From an uncultured Actinomycetota bacterium (lineage in GTDB: Bacteria > Actinomycetota > Actinomycetes > Prado026), in assembly GCA_963771835.1 (NCBI GenBank), contig CAVYVA010000001.1, positions 113,047 to 177,046 on the forward strand: a stretch of DNA of 64,000 bases. Direction: 5' to 3'. The notes under the pieces were generated by a model. It saw only the letters and a program-made list of their open reading frames with translations, made no database searches and was not told where the DNA came from. Below are positions 1 through 9,191 of the stretch, piece by piece. Both the position numbers and the translations under genes were made by a program. Position 1 is the first letter of the stretch; the number at the start of each line of letters is the position of its first letter.

Positions 1-271
<271 letters not shown>

Positions 272-290
272 CACCACCGGAGGGCCGAGG

Positions 291-953
291 ATGGAGGCCA
301 CGCCGCAGGTACGGGCGCCCCGCTCGGCGCGCCGTGGGTTGCTCGCTGCGTGGTCGGACCCGCTGGTGTGGGTGCTGGTCCTGGCCGGCTTCTTCGACGG
401 CATCTCGGACAACTGGCTGCACGCGTTCGTGCTGATCGGCGCCGCCGCGGCCGTGTGGTGGGACACGTGGTGTCGCGTCAGCGGCCGGCCGACCCGTCCG
501 GACGTTCCGCTGCTGCGGGCGGACCAGCCGGGCCGGCGCGCGATGGCGATGATCGTGCTGGCAGCGGTGGCGTTCAGCGTCGTCGCCGGCGGGTTCGAGC
601 GCTACACGTGGCCACCGACCCTGGCAGTGCTGCTGCCCACGGTGGTCGTGCTCGCGCTCGGGTGGCGTGGGCCGCTGCGACCCAGCAGGGTCCCGGCGCC
701 GATCGGCCGCAGATCGGTCCTGGCCTGGTCGTTCGTGCTGGTGGCAGCCGGCTGCTGGGAGCTCGCGGCGCTGCTCCTGCAGCCGACCCTGCAGCTGGGC
801 TCGGCCGACCACCCGACGGTCAGCTTCCTCATGGACACGGTGCTCGCCGGGCACCTGGGGCGCTCGGTCACGCTCTTGCTCTGGCTCGCGCTCGGCTGGT
901 TCCTGCTCGCCGTGGCGCCCGGTCGTGATCTCGGCGACAGGACCGGCCGATGA
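291..953 (+). CDS. hypothetical integral membrane protein
   Basis: 220-aa ORF with several hydrophobic segments (LVWVLVLAGFF, MAMIVLAAVAFSVVAGGF, LAVLLPTVVVLALGW); no recognisable family; start uncertain. Confidence 0.35.
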   Translation: MEATPQVRAPRSARRGLLAAWSDPLVWVLVLAGFFDGISDNWLHAFVLIGAAAAVWWDTWCRVSGRPTRPDVPLLRADQPGRRAMAMIVLAAVAFSVVAGGFERYTWPPTLAVLLPTVVVLALGWRGPLRPSRVPAPIGRRSVLAWSFVLVAAGCWELAALLLQPTLQLGSADHPTVSFLMDTVLAGHLGRSVTLLLWLALGWFLLAVAPGRDLGDRTGR

Positions 954-1150
954 AGCCGCACGATGTGACGCTCGTGGGGTATGCGCTGATCGTCGCCTGC
1001 GTCGTCGCGCTCGAGATCGCCGCCGCCGGGCACATGTTCGGCGTGGTCTCGATCCGGACGGTGCTGGGTCGCATCATGCGAACCCGGGCGGGGCGGATCG
1101 GCATGCTGGCGTCGTGGGCCTGGCTGGGCATGCACTTCTTCGCCCGCTGA
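950..1150 (+). CDS. small hypothetical membrane protein (66 aa)
   Basis: ORF with 4-bp overlap to preceding ORF; two hydrophobic helices; no family recognised. Confidence 0.3.
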   Translation: MKPHDVTLVGYALIVACVVALEIAAAGHMFGVVSIRTVLGRIMRTRAGRIGMLASWAWLGMHFFAR

Positions 1151-1228
1151 GCTGCTGCCAGGGAGGTTCGCGCCGCCAGGTCCGATTCCCGCTAGCGACG
1201 GTCGGGGAGACCAGGCAGGATCGCAGGC

Positions 1229-2713
1229 ATGGCCGAGCTGACCGACCGGAGCGTCGAGGAGGACACCTGGTACCGCGCCGTCCAGGCCAGGGACGGGCGC
1301 TTCGACGGCCGGGTGTTCACGGCCGTACTCACCACAGGGATCTACTGCCGCCCGACGTGCCCGTCCCGCACCCCGCTGCGGCCGAACGTCCGGTTCTACC
1401 CGAACGCGGCGGCCGCGGTCGCTGCGGGGTTCCGCGCGTGCCGCCGTTGCCGGCCGGACGCGTTGCCGGGCTCGCGGGCCTGGGACCACCGCGGCGACCT
1501 GGTCGCCCGTGCGCTGCGGCTCATCGCGGCCGGCGAGGTGGACGAGCACGGTGTGGCCGGACTGGCCGACCGCCTCTCGGTGAGCGAGCGGCACCTGCAC
1601 CGGATCCTGGTGGCGGAGGTCGGCGTCGGGCCGCTGGCGCTGGCCAGGACCCGTCGCGCGCAGACCGCGCGGCTGCTGGTCGACCAGACCGGCCTGTCGA
1701 TGACCGACATCGCGTTCGCGGCCGGGTTCGCCAGCGTCCGACAGTTCAACGACGTGATGCGGACAGAGTTCGGCTGTCCTCCGTCGCAGCTGCGGCGGGC
1801 TCCGGTGTGGACGGGCTCGGGCGACGGCGGCACCGGTGGGCTGGTGCTCCGCCTCGTGCATCGCGAGCCGTACGGTGCTCGCGAGGTCTTCGCGTTCCTG
1901 GGCACCCGGGCGGTCGCCGGGGTGGAGGAGGTCGACGGCGCGGGGCTGCGGCGCGTCGTGGGTACCCGGCACGGAGCGGCCGTCGTCTCGATGCAGCCGG
2001 GACCCGGCCACATCACGGCTCGGCTGCGTCTGCCCGACCTGTCCGACCTGGGCACGCTGGTGGCGTCGTTGCGGCGGCTTCTCGACCTGGACGCCGACCC
2101 GACCTCGGTCGACGCCGTGCTGTCGGCCGACCCGGCGATGGCGCCGCTGGTGGTGGCCCGGCCGGGACTTCGAGTACCCGGGGCGGTGGACGGCTTCGAG
2201 CTGGCGGTGCGCGCCATCGTCGGCCAGCAGGTGTCGGTCGCCGGCGCCCGCACGCTCGCCGGCCGGCTGGTCGAGGCCTTCGGTCAGCCGCTGGACGAGG
2301 CTGACGGCGCGCTGACCGCCGCCTTCCCGACCGCGCAGACGATGGCCGAGGCCGACCTCGACGGGCCGACGCTCGGCCTGACCGGTGCCCGGGTGCGCGC
2401 GCTCAGGGCGCTCGCGTTCGAGGTCGCGCACGGTCGTCTCATGCTGGATCCCGGCGGCGACCGGGACGAGGCGAGGAGCCGCCTGACGGCGCTTCCCGGC
2501 GTCGGCGAGTGGACCGCGGAGTACATCGCGATGCGGGCCCTGGCCGACCCGGACGCCTGGCCGGGCACGGACCTCGTGCTGCGGCGACGGGTGGCCGAGC
2601 GCGGCGGCGACCCGGAGCGGTGGCGACCCTGGCGTGCCTACGGCGCCGTGCACCTGTGGAACGACGACCGCGAACAGACAGCGAAGACCCCACCGATGGA
2701 GGAGTCGGCATGA
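1229..2713 (+). CDS. alkA: bifunctional Ada regulatory methyltransferase / DNA-3-methyladenine glycosylase II (Ada-AlkA fusion)
   Basis: N-terminus FTAVLTTGIYCRPTCPSR (Ada Cys4 zinc methyl-acceptor motif) followed by AraC-type HTH (LADRLSVSERHLHRIL...SMTDIAFAAGFASVRQFNDVMR); C-terminus has AlkA/HhH-GPD region (LPGVGEWTAEYIAMRALADPDAWPGTDLVL). Same fusion architecture as mycobacterial Rv1317c. Confidence 0.85.
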   Translation: MAELTDRSVEEDTWYRAVQARDGRFDGRVFTAVLTTGIYCRPTCPSRTPLRPNVRFYPNAAAAVAAGFRACRRCRPDALPGSRAWDHRGDLVARALRLIAAGEVDEHGVAGLADRLSVSERHLHRILVAEVGVGPLALARTRRAQTARLLVDQTGLSMTDIAFAAGFASVRQFNDVMRTEFGCPPSQLRRAPVWTGSGDGGTGGLVLRLVHREPYGAREVFAFLGTRAVAGVEEVDGAGLRRVVGTRHGAAVVSMQPGPGHITARLRLPDLSDLGTLVASLRRLLDLDADPTSVDAVLSADPAMAPLVVARPGLRVPGAVDGFELAVRAIVGQQVSVAGARTLAGRLVEAFGQPLDEADGALTAAFPTAQTMAEADLDGPTLGLTGARVRALRALAFEVAHGRLMLDPGGDRDEARSRLTALPGVGEWTAEYIAMRALADPDAWPGTDLVLRRRVAERGGDPERWRPWRAYGAVHLWNDDREQTAKTPPMEESA

Positions 2714-3234
2714 GCACCACGACCCCAGCACCTCTGGAGGCGACCGAGGTCGCCACCCCCGTCGGCCCGCTGGCGATCGTGGTCGACGCGGGCACCGTCG
2801 TGGCCTCGGGCTTCACCACGGTCGAGGACCAGCTGGGCCGGCTCGATCCGGCGCAACAGGCCCGCGGGGTGGTCCGGACCGACGACCTGGGCGAGGTCAC
2901 CGACGCGGTCCGCGCCTACTTCGCCGGAGACGTCGACGCGCTGGACCGCGTTCCGGTCCGCCAGCCGGGCGGCGACTTCACCCAGGAGGCGTGGCGGGTG
3001 ATGCGGACCATCCCGGCCGGTCACACCTGGTCGTACGCCGAGCTGGCGACGAAGTCGGGCCGTCCGGCCGCGGTGCGTGCCGCCGGTTCGGCGTGCGCCC
3101 GGAACATGGTGGCGCCGTTCGTCCCCTGCCACCGGGTCGTGCGCTCCGGGGGTTCGCTGGGCGGCTACTACTACGGGCTGCCCGTCAAGCAGTGGCTGCT
3201 CGACCACGAGCGCGGGGTCACGACGGCGTTCTGA
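2710..3234 (+). CDS. ogt: methylated-DNA--protein-cysteine methyltransferase (O6-methylguanine-DNA methyltransferase)
   Basis: ATGA start/stop overlap with ada-alkA; active-site PCHRVV motif and HTH (SYAELATKSGRPAAVRAAGSACARN); 174 aa. Confidence 0.9.
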   Translation: MSTTTPAPLEATEVATPVGPLAIVVDAGTVVASGFTTVEDQLGRLDPAQQARGVVRTDDLGEVTDAVRAYFAGDVDALDRVPVRQPGGDFTQEAWRVMRTIPAGHTWSYAELATKSGRPAAVRAAGSACARNMVAPFVPCHRVVRSGGSLGGYYYGLPVKQWLLDHERGVTTAF

Positions 3235-4270
3235 CGGCGTCCCCGGCCGAGCGCCGCCCGAGCAGCGGAGGCAGCTGGCGGACCGCGGTGGCCAGCGCCC
3301 GCAGGTCGCCGTTCACCAGGGCCTGCGGTCCGTCGCAGAGCGCCTCCTCGGGCCGGGGGTGGACGTCGACGATGATGCCGTCCGCTCCGACCGCGATCGC
3401 CGCCCTGGACAACGGGACGACCAGGTCGCGCCGCCCGCCGGAGTGCGACGGGTCGACCACGACCGGCAGGTGCGAGAGTCCGTGCGCGACCGGCACCGCG
3501 GAGATGTCCAGGGTGTTGCGGGTCGCGGTCTCGTACGTGCGGATGCCCCGCTCGCACAGGACGATGTCGAGGTTGCCGCGCTGCGCCACGTACTCGGCCG
3601 CCATCAGCCACTCCTCGATGGTGGCCGTCATCCCGCGCTTGAGCATGACGGGCTTGCCCGCCTCGCCGACCGCCTGCAGCAGCGCGAAGTTGGCCATGTT
3701 GCGGGTCCCGACCTGCAGCATGTCCGCGTAGGACGCGACCAGCGCGACGTCCGCCACCTCGGTCACCTCGGTCACGATCGGCATCCCGGTCGACGCGCCG
3801 ACGTCGGCGAGGATTCGCAGGCCGGCCTCGCCGAGACCCTGGAACGCGTACGGCGAGGTGCGCGGTTTGAACGCCCCGCCGCGCAGCAGCGTCGCCCCTG
3901 CGGCCTGCGCCATCTGCGCCGCCTCCAGCGTCTGCTGGGCGGTCTCCACCGCGCACGGCCCGGCGATCAGGGTGAACGTGTCCGGTCCGATCGGCACCGC
4001 GCGACCGGGCCCGCCGACCCAGACGGTGGTCATGTCGGGGTGATGCTGGCGGGAGACGAGCTTGTACGGCGCGCTGATCCGTACGACGCTGCTGACCCCC
4101 GGCAGCCCGGCGAGGTTCAGCGAGCCGAACGAGTCGACGTCGCCGACCAGACCGACGATGGTGCGGGTGACGCCACGGCTGACGAACGCCTCGCCGCCGG
4201 CACCCTCGACCTTCGTCACCACTCGGGCGACGTCCTCGCTCGTCGCCTCCGGCGACATGACCACGACCAT
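3218..4270 (-). CDS. aroF: 3-deoxy-7-phosphoheptulonate synthase, type I-beta (AroF/KDO8PS-like barrel with N-terminal ferredoxin-like/ACT regulatory domain)
   Basis: 350-aa ORF; core FTLIAGPCAVE...GATLLRGGAFKPRTSPYAFQGLGEAGL...VDPSHSGGRRD matches type I-beta DAHPS/KDO8PS (beta/alpha)8 fold; ~90-aa N-terminal extra domain as in Thermotoga-type DAHPS. Confidence 0.8.
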   Translation of the reverse strand: MVVVMSPEATSEDVARVVTKVEGAGGEAFVSRGVTRTIVGLVGDVDSFGSLNLAGLPGVSSVVRISAPYKLVSRQHHPDMTTVWVGGPGRAVPIGPDTFTLIAGPCAVETAQQTLEAAQMAQAAGATLLRGGAFKPRTSPYAFQGLGEAGLRILADVGASTGMPIVTEVTEVADVALVASYADMLQVGTRNMANFALLQAVGEAGKPVMLKRGMTATIEEWLMAAEYVAQRGNLDIVLCERGIRTYETATRNTLDISAVPVAHGLSHLPVVVDPSHSGGRRDLVVPLSRAAIAVGADGIIVDVHPRPEEALCDGPQALVNGDLRALATAVRQLPPLLGRRSAGDAVRTPS

Positions 4271-4291
4271 GACCTGCTCCAGAAATGAGAA

Positions 4292-4314
4292 GAGCCCCGG
4301 GGTCTCCGGGGCTC
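4292..4314 (-). terminator. perfect 9-bp stem / 5-nt loop hairpin (GAGCCCCGG ggtct CCGGGGCTC) followed on the minus strand by U-rich UUCUCAUUUCU, immediately 5' of aroF RBS/start
   Basis: Read directly from sequence; lies between PASTA-kinase stop (4649) and aroF start (4270) on the minus strand. Confidence 0.4.
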
Positions 4315-4495
4315 GTCGCGCGGTGGGTACGTCAGCCGCTGGACGCGGCGCCGGTCACCCACCCGGGAGCCCCGGGCGGAAAACCGTAGAAGTACCACTG
4401 GTTGCGCACGGGTCGAGGATAGGCACAGGCGGACGCCCTGTCGCCCGGTTCCACGATGTGGACAACCTGGGCGGGGCCCCCCGCTAGGGTCGCCG

Positions 4496-4630
4496 GATGA
4501 CAACTTCGGTGCAGGCCACCGCCGTCTGGATCCCTGGGCTGTTCGTCCTCGGGATCGTCCTGATCGTGGTGGTCGTCATGGTCGCCCTCAAGACCATGCG
4601 GAAGCCGGGGCGCGGTCGCTCCCGCCGCTA
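4496..4630 (+). CDS. possible small single-pass membrane protein (44 aa: MTTSVQATAVWIPGLFVLGIVLIVVVVMVALKTMRKPGRGRSRR)
   Basis: ATG-initiated ORF below the ORF-track length cutoff; strongly hydrophobic core then basic tail; intergenic location. Confidence 0.2.
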
Positions 4631-4648
4631 GACCGACCGGCCGGCCGG

Positions 4649-6644
4649 CTAGACGATCGCGAGCCTGATCGTGCTGCCGAGCGGGGCCTGGGTCCCGGCG
4701 GCGGGGCTCTGGCTGGTGACCAGGTTGAGCGGCCGGTTGTCGAGGTAGGTGAAGGTGACCTTGAACCCGGACTTCTCCAGCAGCTTGCGCGCCTTGTCCT
4801 TGTTCATCCCGTAGACGTCGGGCACGTCCACCAGCGGCGGACCCTGCGAGACCACCACCGTGACCGTGGTGCCGCGGTCCACCTGGGTCCCCGCCTTGGT
4901 GCCCTGGCTGAGCACCGAGCCCTTCGGCACGGTCGTGCTGTACTGCCCGGGCGCGGACGAGTCGAGCACGAGCTTGTTCTTGCTCGCGGACGACTGCGCG
5001 GCGGCCAGTGTCAGCCCGACGAAGTTCGGCACGGTCGCCGGCGCGACGCCCTTGCTGACCACCAGCCGCACGGCGGTGTCGCGCCGGACCGAGGTGCCGG
5101 CGGTGGGGACGGTCGAGATCACCGTGCCGGCGCCGACCGTGTCGGAGTACGCGGACGACTGGGTGCCGACCGCCAGGTGGGTCGCCCGCAGCGCCGCTGT
5201 GGCCTCCGCCACGGACTTGCCGGCCAGGGCCGGGACGGCGTACCGCTCGGGACCCCTGGACAGGATCAGTGTCACGGTGCCGTTCTTCGCGACCCGGTCG
5301 CGCGGCGCCGGGTCGGTGGTGATCACGAGACCCGGCCTTGACGGTCTCGCTGAACTGACCCGTGCCGGTGGCGGCGTGCAGGCCCTGCGCGGCCAGCGCG
5401 TCGGTGGCTGCCTTCTGGGTCATGCCGACCACCGACGGTGTGGTCGTCCACCGGCCGCTGCCGAGGTACCACCCGCCGACGCCGAGCACCGTGGCCACGA
5501 CCAGCAGGACGGCCAGCCCGATCATCGCGCCGCGCCGGCTGCCGTTGCCGCGCGCCGCGGTCGGGATCTGGCCGGGGCCGCCGACGACCGGCTGGTCGGG
5601 CCGGGTCGGGCCGCGCGGCGGCGCACCGGCCGGCGCGCTCGCCAGGGTGGAGGTCGCATGGTTGCCGGCCCTGGTGCTCGCGGCCAGCGCGCTGATCCCG
5701 AGCGCCCCGGCCGCGCCGGGCAGCGGGACGACCAGGGTCTCGGTCAGGTCGACGTCCGTGGGTGCGTAGCCGAGCTGCGCAGCGCTCAGCGAACCGCGCA
5801 CCGTCCGCAGCTGGTGCAGGTACGCCCCGGCGTCGGCCGGCCGTCCCTCGCGGGTCGCGGTCGGTGGCCGCCAGCACCAGCCCGTCCAGAGCCGGGGCCA
5901 GACCCGGGACGAACGTCGACGGCGCGGGCACGTCCGACGTCACGTGCTGGTACGCCACCGACATCGGGGTGTCGCCCGCGTACGGCGGCGCGCCGGTGAG
6001 CATCTCGAAGAGCAGGATCCCGGCCGAGTAGACGTCCGACCTGGCGTCGGCGGAGCCGCGCTCGACCTGCTCGGGGGCCAGGTACGCCACGGTGCCCATC
6101 ACCACGCCCTGGGTGGACGCCTCGGCGCCCGAGGCCAGCGAGCTGCGGGCGAGCCCGAAGTCGGCCACCTTGACCCGGCCGTCGTCGGCGAGGAGGACGT
6201 TCTCGGGCTTGACGTCACGATGGACGATGCCGGCACGGTGCGCGGCCGCCAGCGCGGACAGCACGGGGTCGAGGACGTCCAGCGCCTCCCGCGGCGTCAG
6301 CCGGCCGCGCGAGCGGATGAGGTCACGCAGGGTGCGTCCCCGTACGTGCTCCATCGCCAGGAAGACCAGGCCGGTCTGGGGATCGCTGCCCTGGTCGTAC
6401 ACCGCGACCACGCCGGGGTCGGACAGCCGGGCCGCGGACCTCGCCTCGCGGATGAACCGGGCCACGAACGCCTGGTCCTCGGCCAGCCCCGGATGCATGA
6501 CCTTGAGCGCGACCGGTCGTTCCAGGCGGGTGTCGATGGCCTCGTAGACGGTGGCCATCCCGCCGCGGGCGACCTTCGACACGATCCGGTACCGGCCGTC
6601 GACAAGACGGCCGATCAACGGGTCGGCGACAGTCGTATCCACTG
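4649..6644 (-). CDS. Ser/Thr protein kinase with transmembrane segment and four C-terminal PASTA domains (PknB/PknL-like); reading frame broken twice (~5835 and ~5330)
   Basis: The Hanks kinase domain (VALKVMHP...HRDVKPENVLL...DFGLA...GTVAYLAPE) lies at 6644..~5835 in one frame. The linker, TM helix (MIGLAVLLVVATVLGVGGW) and first PASTA domain lie in a second frame (5801..~5330). Three further PASTA domains lie in a third frame (5326..4649). The joins reconstruct contiguous motifs, for example ATDRDP|RPADAGAYLHQLRTVRG. Confidence 0.85.
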
Positions 6645-6723
6645 TTCGAGGGTACCCGGCAGGGTCCGGATCGCCCGGATCGTCCGTTCCCCCCGCGCGC
6701 CCCCGTCGTGGCAGGCTGAGCGC

Positions 6724-7101
6724 GTGCAGGAGATCCCCGCCACGGACGTGGCGCCCGACCCGTCGGCCGACGTGGTGACCGAGTGGGCCACGCTTCCGGA
6801 CGCGGCGCAGGCACTGGGCACCGACGTGCTCAGGGTGCGGCAGCTGCTGCGGGATCACCAGCTGGTGGCGTTGCGCCGCGACGGCGTGCTCGTCGTGCCC
6901 GCGCTGCTGCTGCAGGACGGCCAGGTCGTCAAGGGCCTTTCCGGCCTGCTGACACTGCTGACGGACGCCCGATACACCGACGAGGAGGCCGTGCGCTGGA
7001 TGTTCACCGACGACGCCTCGCTGCCAGGTCGTCCGGTGGACGCGCTGCGGGAGAACCGCGGCACCGAGGTGCGCCGGCGCGCCCAGGCACTCGGCTTCTA
7101 G
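6724..7101 (+). CDS. Rv2175c-like DNA-binding protein (known substrate of the adjacent kinase in mycobacteria)
   Basis: 125-aa GTG-initiated ORF divergent from the kinase; ...EWATLPDAAQALGTDVLRVRQLLRDHQLVALRRDGVLVVPALLLQDG... resembles the Rv2175c family; conserved pknL-Rv2175c synteny. Confidence 0.65.
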   Translation: MQEIPATDVAPDPSADVVTEWATLPDAAQALGTDVLRVRQLLRDHQLVALRRDGVLVVPALLLQDGQVVKGLSGLLTLLTDARYTDEEAVRWMFTDDASLPGRPVDALRENRGTEVRRRAQALGF

Positions 7102-7104
7102 CGC

Positions 7105-7467
7105 GTGGCCCATCTGGTCTACCTGACGGTGCTGGCCGGCTGCCTGCTCGGCACCGCCTGGCTCGAGCTGGCGGTACGCACCCGCGTCTACGTGCGCTGG
7201 CGCCGGCTGCTGCTGACGCTGGCTCCGGTGCTGCTCGTGTTCTTCTGCTGGGACCTGTACGCGGTCGCGCACGGGCACTGGTCGTTCGACCCGGCCCGGA
7301 CCACCGGGCTACGGGTACCGGGCCGGGTGCCGGTCGAGGAGGTCCTGTTCTTCCTGGTGGTGCCGGTCTGCTCGGTGCTGGCGTACGAGGCCGTGCGCGC
7401 CGTTCGCGGCTGGCCCGGGGGCGACGAGCCGGCAGAGCTCGCCGAGCCCGGGGTGACCCGGCGGTGA
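7105..7467 (+). CDS. crtYc: lycopene cyclase domain protein, subunit 1 (CrtYc-like heterodimeric carotenoid cyclase)
   Basis: 120-aa three-helix membrane protein (LVYLTVLAGCLLGTAWLELA...HGHWSFDP...PVEEVLFFLVVP) typical of lycopene_cyc domain proteins; immediately followed by a second such gene. Confidence 0.6.
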   Translation: MAHLVYLTVLAGCLLGTAWLELAVRTRVYVRWRRLLLTLAPVLLVFFCWDLYAVAHGHWSFDPARTTGLRVPGRVPVEEVLFFLVVPVCSVLAYEAVRAVRGWPGGDEPAELAEPGVTRR

Positions 7468-7820
7468 GCAGCGGGCTCACGTACACCGCGCTGGCCGTGG
7501 CCGCCGTCCCCGCCTCGGCCGTGCTCGACGTCGTCGTGCTGCGCACCCGGCTGCTGGCCCGGCGGACCTTCTGGGTGGCCTACGCGATCGTCCTGGCCTT
7601 CCAGCTGGTCGTGAACGGGTTGCTGACCGGGCTGGACGTGGTGCGCTACGACCCCGGCGCCGTGCTCGGGCCCCGGCTGGCCTTCGCGCCGGTCGAGGAC
7701 CTCCTGTTCGGGTTCGCGCTCGTGCTGCAGACGCTCGCCTGGTGGGTGTTCTGGGGTCGCCGAGGGCTGCAGCGCGAGCCGGTCGCCGGCCCGCCGCGGT
7801 GGGCCGGCCGCCGTGGTTGA
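7464..7820 (+). CDS. crtYd: lycopene cyclase domain protein, subunit 2 (CrtYd-like)
   Basis: GTGA overlap with preceding gene; 118-aa membrane protein (LTYTALAVAAVPASAVLDVVVL...PVEDLLFGFALVLQTLAWWVF) of the same domain family. Confidence 0.55.
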   Translation: MSSGLTYTALAVAAVPASAVLDVVVLRTRLLARRTFWVAYAIVLAFQLVVNGLLTGLDVVRYDPGAVLGPRLAFAPVEDLLFGFALVLQTLAWWVFWGRRGLQREPVAGPPRWAGRRG

Positions 7821-7866
7821 CCGCAAGCGTGAACCGAACCGGCGCGGCGTACGTTCTCATGACGTG

Positions 7867-8397
7867 AGTGTGCTCTCGGCGACTGACGAGCGGCTCATGC
7901 GCGAGCTCTATCAGGAGCACGCGGGTGTCCTGCTGGGCTACGTCCGACGGCTGGTCGGTGGCGACACCAACCGGGCGGAGGACGTCGTCCAGGAGACGTT
8001 GCTGCGAGCGTGGCAGCACCCGGAGGCGTTGCGTGCTGGTCGTTCGGACGGCTCGTCGGTACGGGCCTGGTTGCTGACCGTGGCCCGTCACCTGGTCATC
8101 GACGGCGAGCGCCGGCGCCGCTCCCGGCCGCACGAGGTCGAGCTGGTGGCCGGGCACGAGCGCGCGGTCGACGAGCCCGCGTTCGACCAGGTGCTGGCCG
8201 CGTGGGAGGTCGCCGACGCGCTCGCGTCGCTGAGCGCCGAGCACCGTGGCGTGATCGTCGAGCTGTACTACCGCGACCGTTCGGTCGCGGACGCGGCCCG
8301 GGAGCTGGGCGTGCCGGAGGGCACGGTCAAGTCCCGGGCCTACTACGCCCTGCGCGCGCTGCGCGCGGCGTGCGAGGAGCGAGGGGTGCTGCCGTGA
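7867..8397 (+). CDS. ECF (group IV) RNA polymerase sigma factor
   Basis: Sigma-70 region 2 (DVVQETLLRAWQH...WLLTVARHLVIDGER) and region 4 (GVIVELYYRDRSVADAARELGVPEGTVKSRAYYALRAL) motifs. Confidence 0.8.
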   Translation, partial: SVLSATDERLMRELYQEHAGVLLGYVRRLVGGDTNRAEDVVQETLLRAWQHPEALRAGRSDGSSVRAWLLTVARHLVIDGERRRRSRPHEVELVAGHERAVDEPAFDQVLAAWEVADALASLSAEHRGVIVELYYRDRSVADAARELGVPEGTVKSRAYYALRALRAACEERGVLP

Positions 8398-9062
8398 CCT
8401 GCGAGCAGGTACGCGAGGCGGCCGCGGTGCGGCTGCTCACCGGAGGCGCGCCCGACCCCGAGGTCGAGGCGCACCTGGTCGGCTGCGAGCTGTGCCGGGC
8501 GGACCTGGCGCGGCTGACCCCGCTGCCGGGCCTGCTGACCAGTGCGGCGAGCCAGGTCGCCCTGCTGGACGAGCCGCCACCCGGGGACGCGATGCTGGAG
8601 CGGCTGCTGGCCGCGGCAGCGACGGAGCGGCGCAGCAGGCGCAGCCGGGTCCGGCTGGTCGCGGTCGCCTCCGTCGCGGCGCTGGCCCTGGTGGCGGTCC
8701 CGGCGACCGTCGTGCTGGTGAACCGCTCGGACGGCGTGGGGACCGTCCAGGCGGACAAGATCAAAGCCAGCGCGTCCGACCCGGCGTCCGGCGTGTCCGG
8801 CCAGGTGACGCTGGCTCGGTCGTCGTGGGGGAGCGCGGTGAACCTGAAGGTCACCGGCGTGCAGGCCGGCACCAGCTGCACGGTCGTGGTGGTGACCAAG
8901 GACGGGAGCAGGCAGACGGCGGCGACGTGGTGGGCGCAGGAGTACCCCGGGCCGGCGAGCGTCGACGGCACGGTGGCCGCGGACGTCCCCGCGATCGACC
9001 ACGTCGAGCTGGTGGACACCGCGTCCGGCAAGGTCCTGCTGAAGCTGCCGACCCGGGTCTGA
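8394..9062 (+). CDS. membrane-spanning anti-sigma factor with N-terminal zf-HC2 / ZAS-type zinc motif
   Basis: GTGA overlap with sigma gene; N-terminal C-x26-H-x3-C-x2-C (VTCEQV...EAHLVGCELC) as in RsrA/RskA; central TM helix (LVAVASVAALALVAVPATVVLV); extracytoplasmic C-terminal domain. Confidence 0.7.
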   Translation: MTCEQVREAAAVRLLTGGAPDPEVEAHLVGCELCRADLARLTPLPGLLTSAASQVALLDEPPPGDAMLERLLAAAATERRSRRSRVRLVAVASVAALALVAVPATVVLVNRSDGVGTVQADKIKASASDPASGVSGQVTLARSSWGSAVNLKVTGVQAGTSCTVVVVTKDGSRQTAATWWAQEYPGPASVDGTVAADVPAIDHVELVDTASGKVLLKLPTRV

Positions 9063-9191
9063 CCGCGCGCCGCCCCGGAGGCAGCCGTGCCCGACCAGCC
9101 CGGCACCGAGCCGCCCCAGCCGTCGCGCCGGCTGGACAAGGTCGCGGTCCCGGTCACCGGCGGGAACATCGTCGAGGCCTGACCCGGTCGC

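Noticed and set aside
602-2731. 709-aa minus-strand ORF antisense to ada-alkA (and many similar very long ORFs: 16113-18476-, 18489-20708-, 25082-28273-, 37542-41330-, 41908-44574-, 43875-47465+, 30991-34836- extension)
   Set aside because: Typical stop-codon-poor alternative frames of >70% GC DNA. Translations are low-complexity Arg/Ala/Pro/Gly-rich with no conserved motifs, and each overlaps a well-supported gene in another frame or strand.
4216-4503. Possible Trp-rich leader peptide (…HFWSRSWSWS…) for an aroF attenuator
   Set aside because: The Trp codons arise from the aroF RBS and start (GGAG…ATGGTCGTGGTC) read out of frame; the ORF is 95 aa and spans the gene start, so it is not a plausible leader peptide. 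Only the hairpin itself is retained.
9087-9182. 31-codon GTG ORF between the anti-sigma gene and crtB
   Set aside because: No recognisable precursor-peptide motif or RBS evidence; kept only as a remark within the carotenoid-regulation finding.
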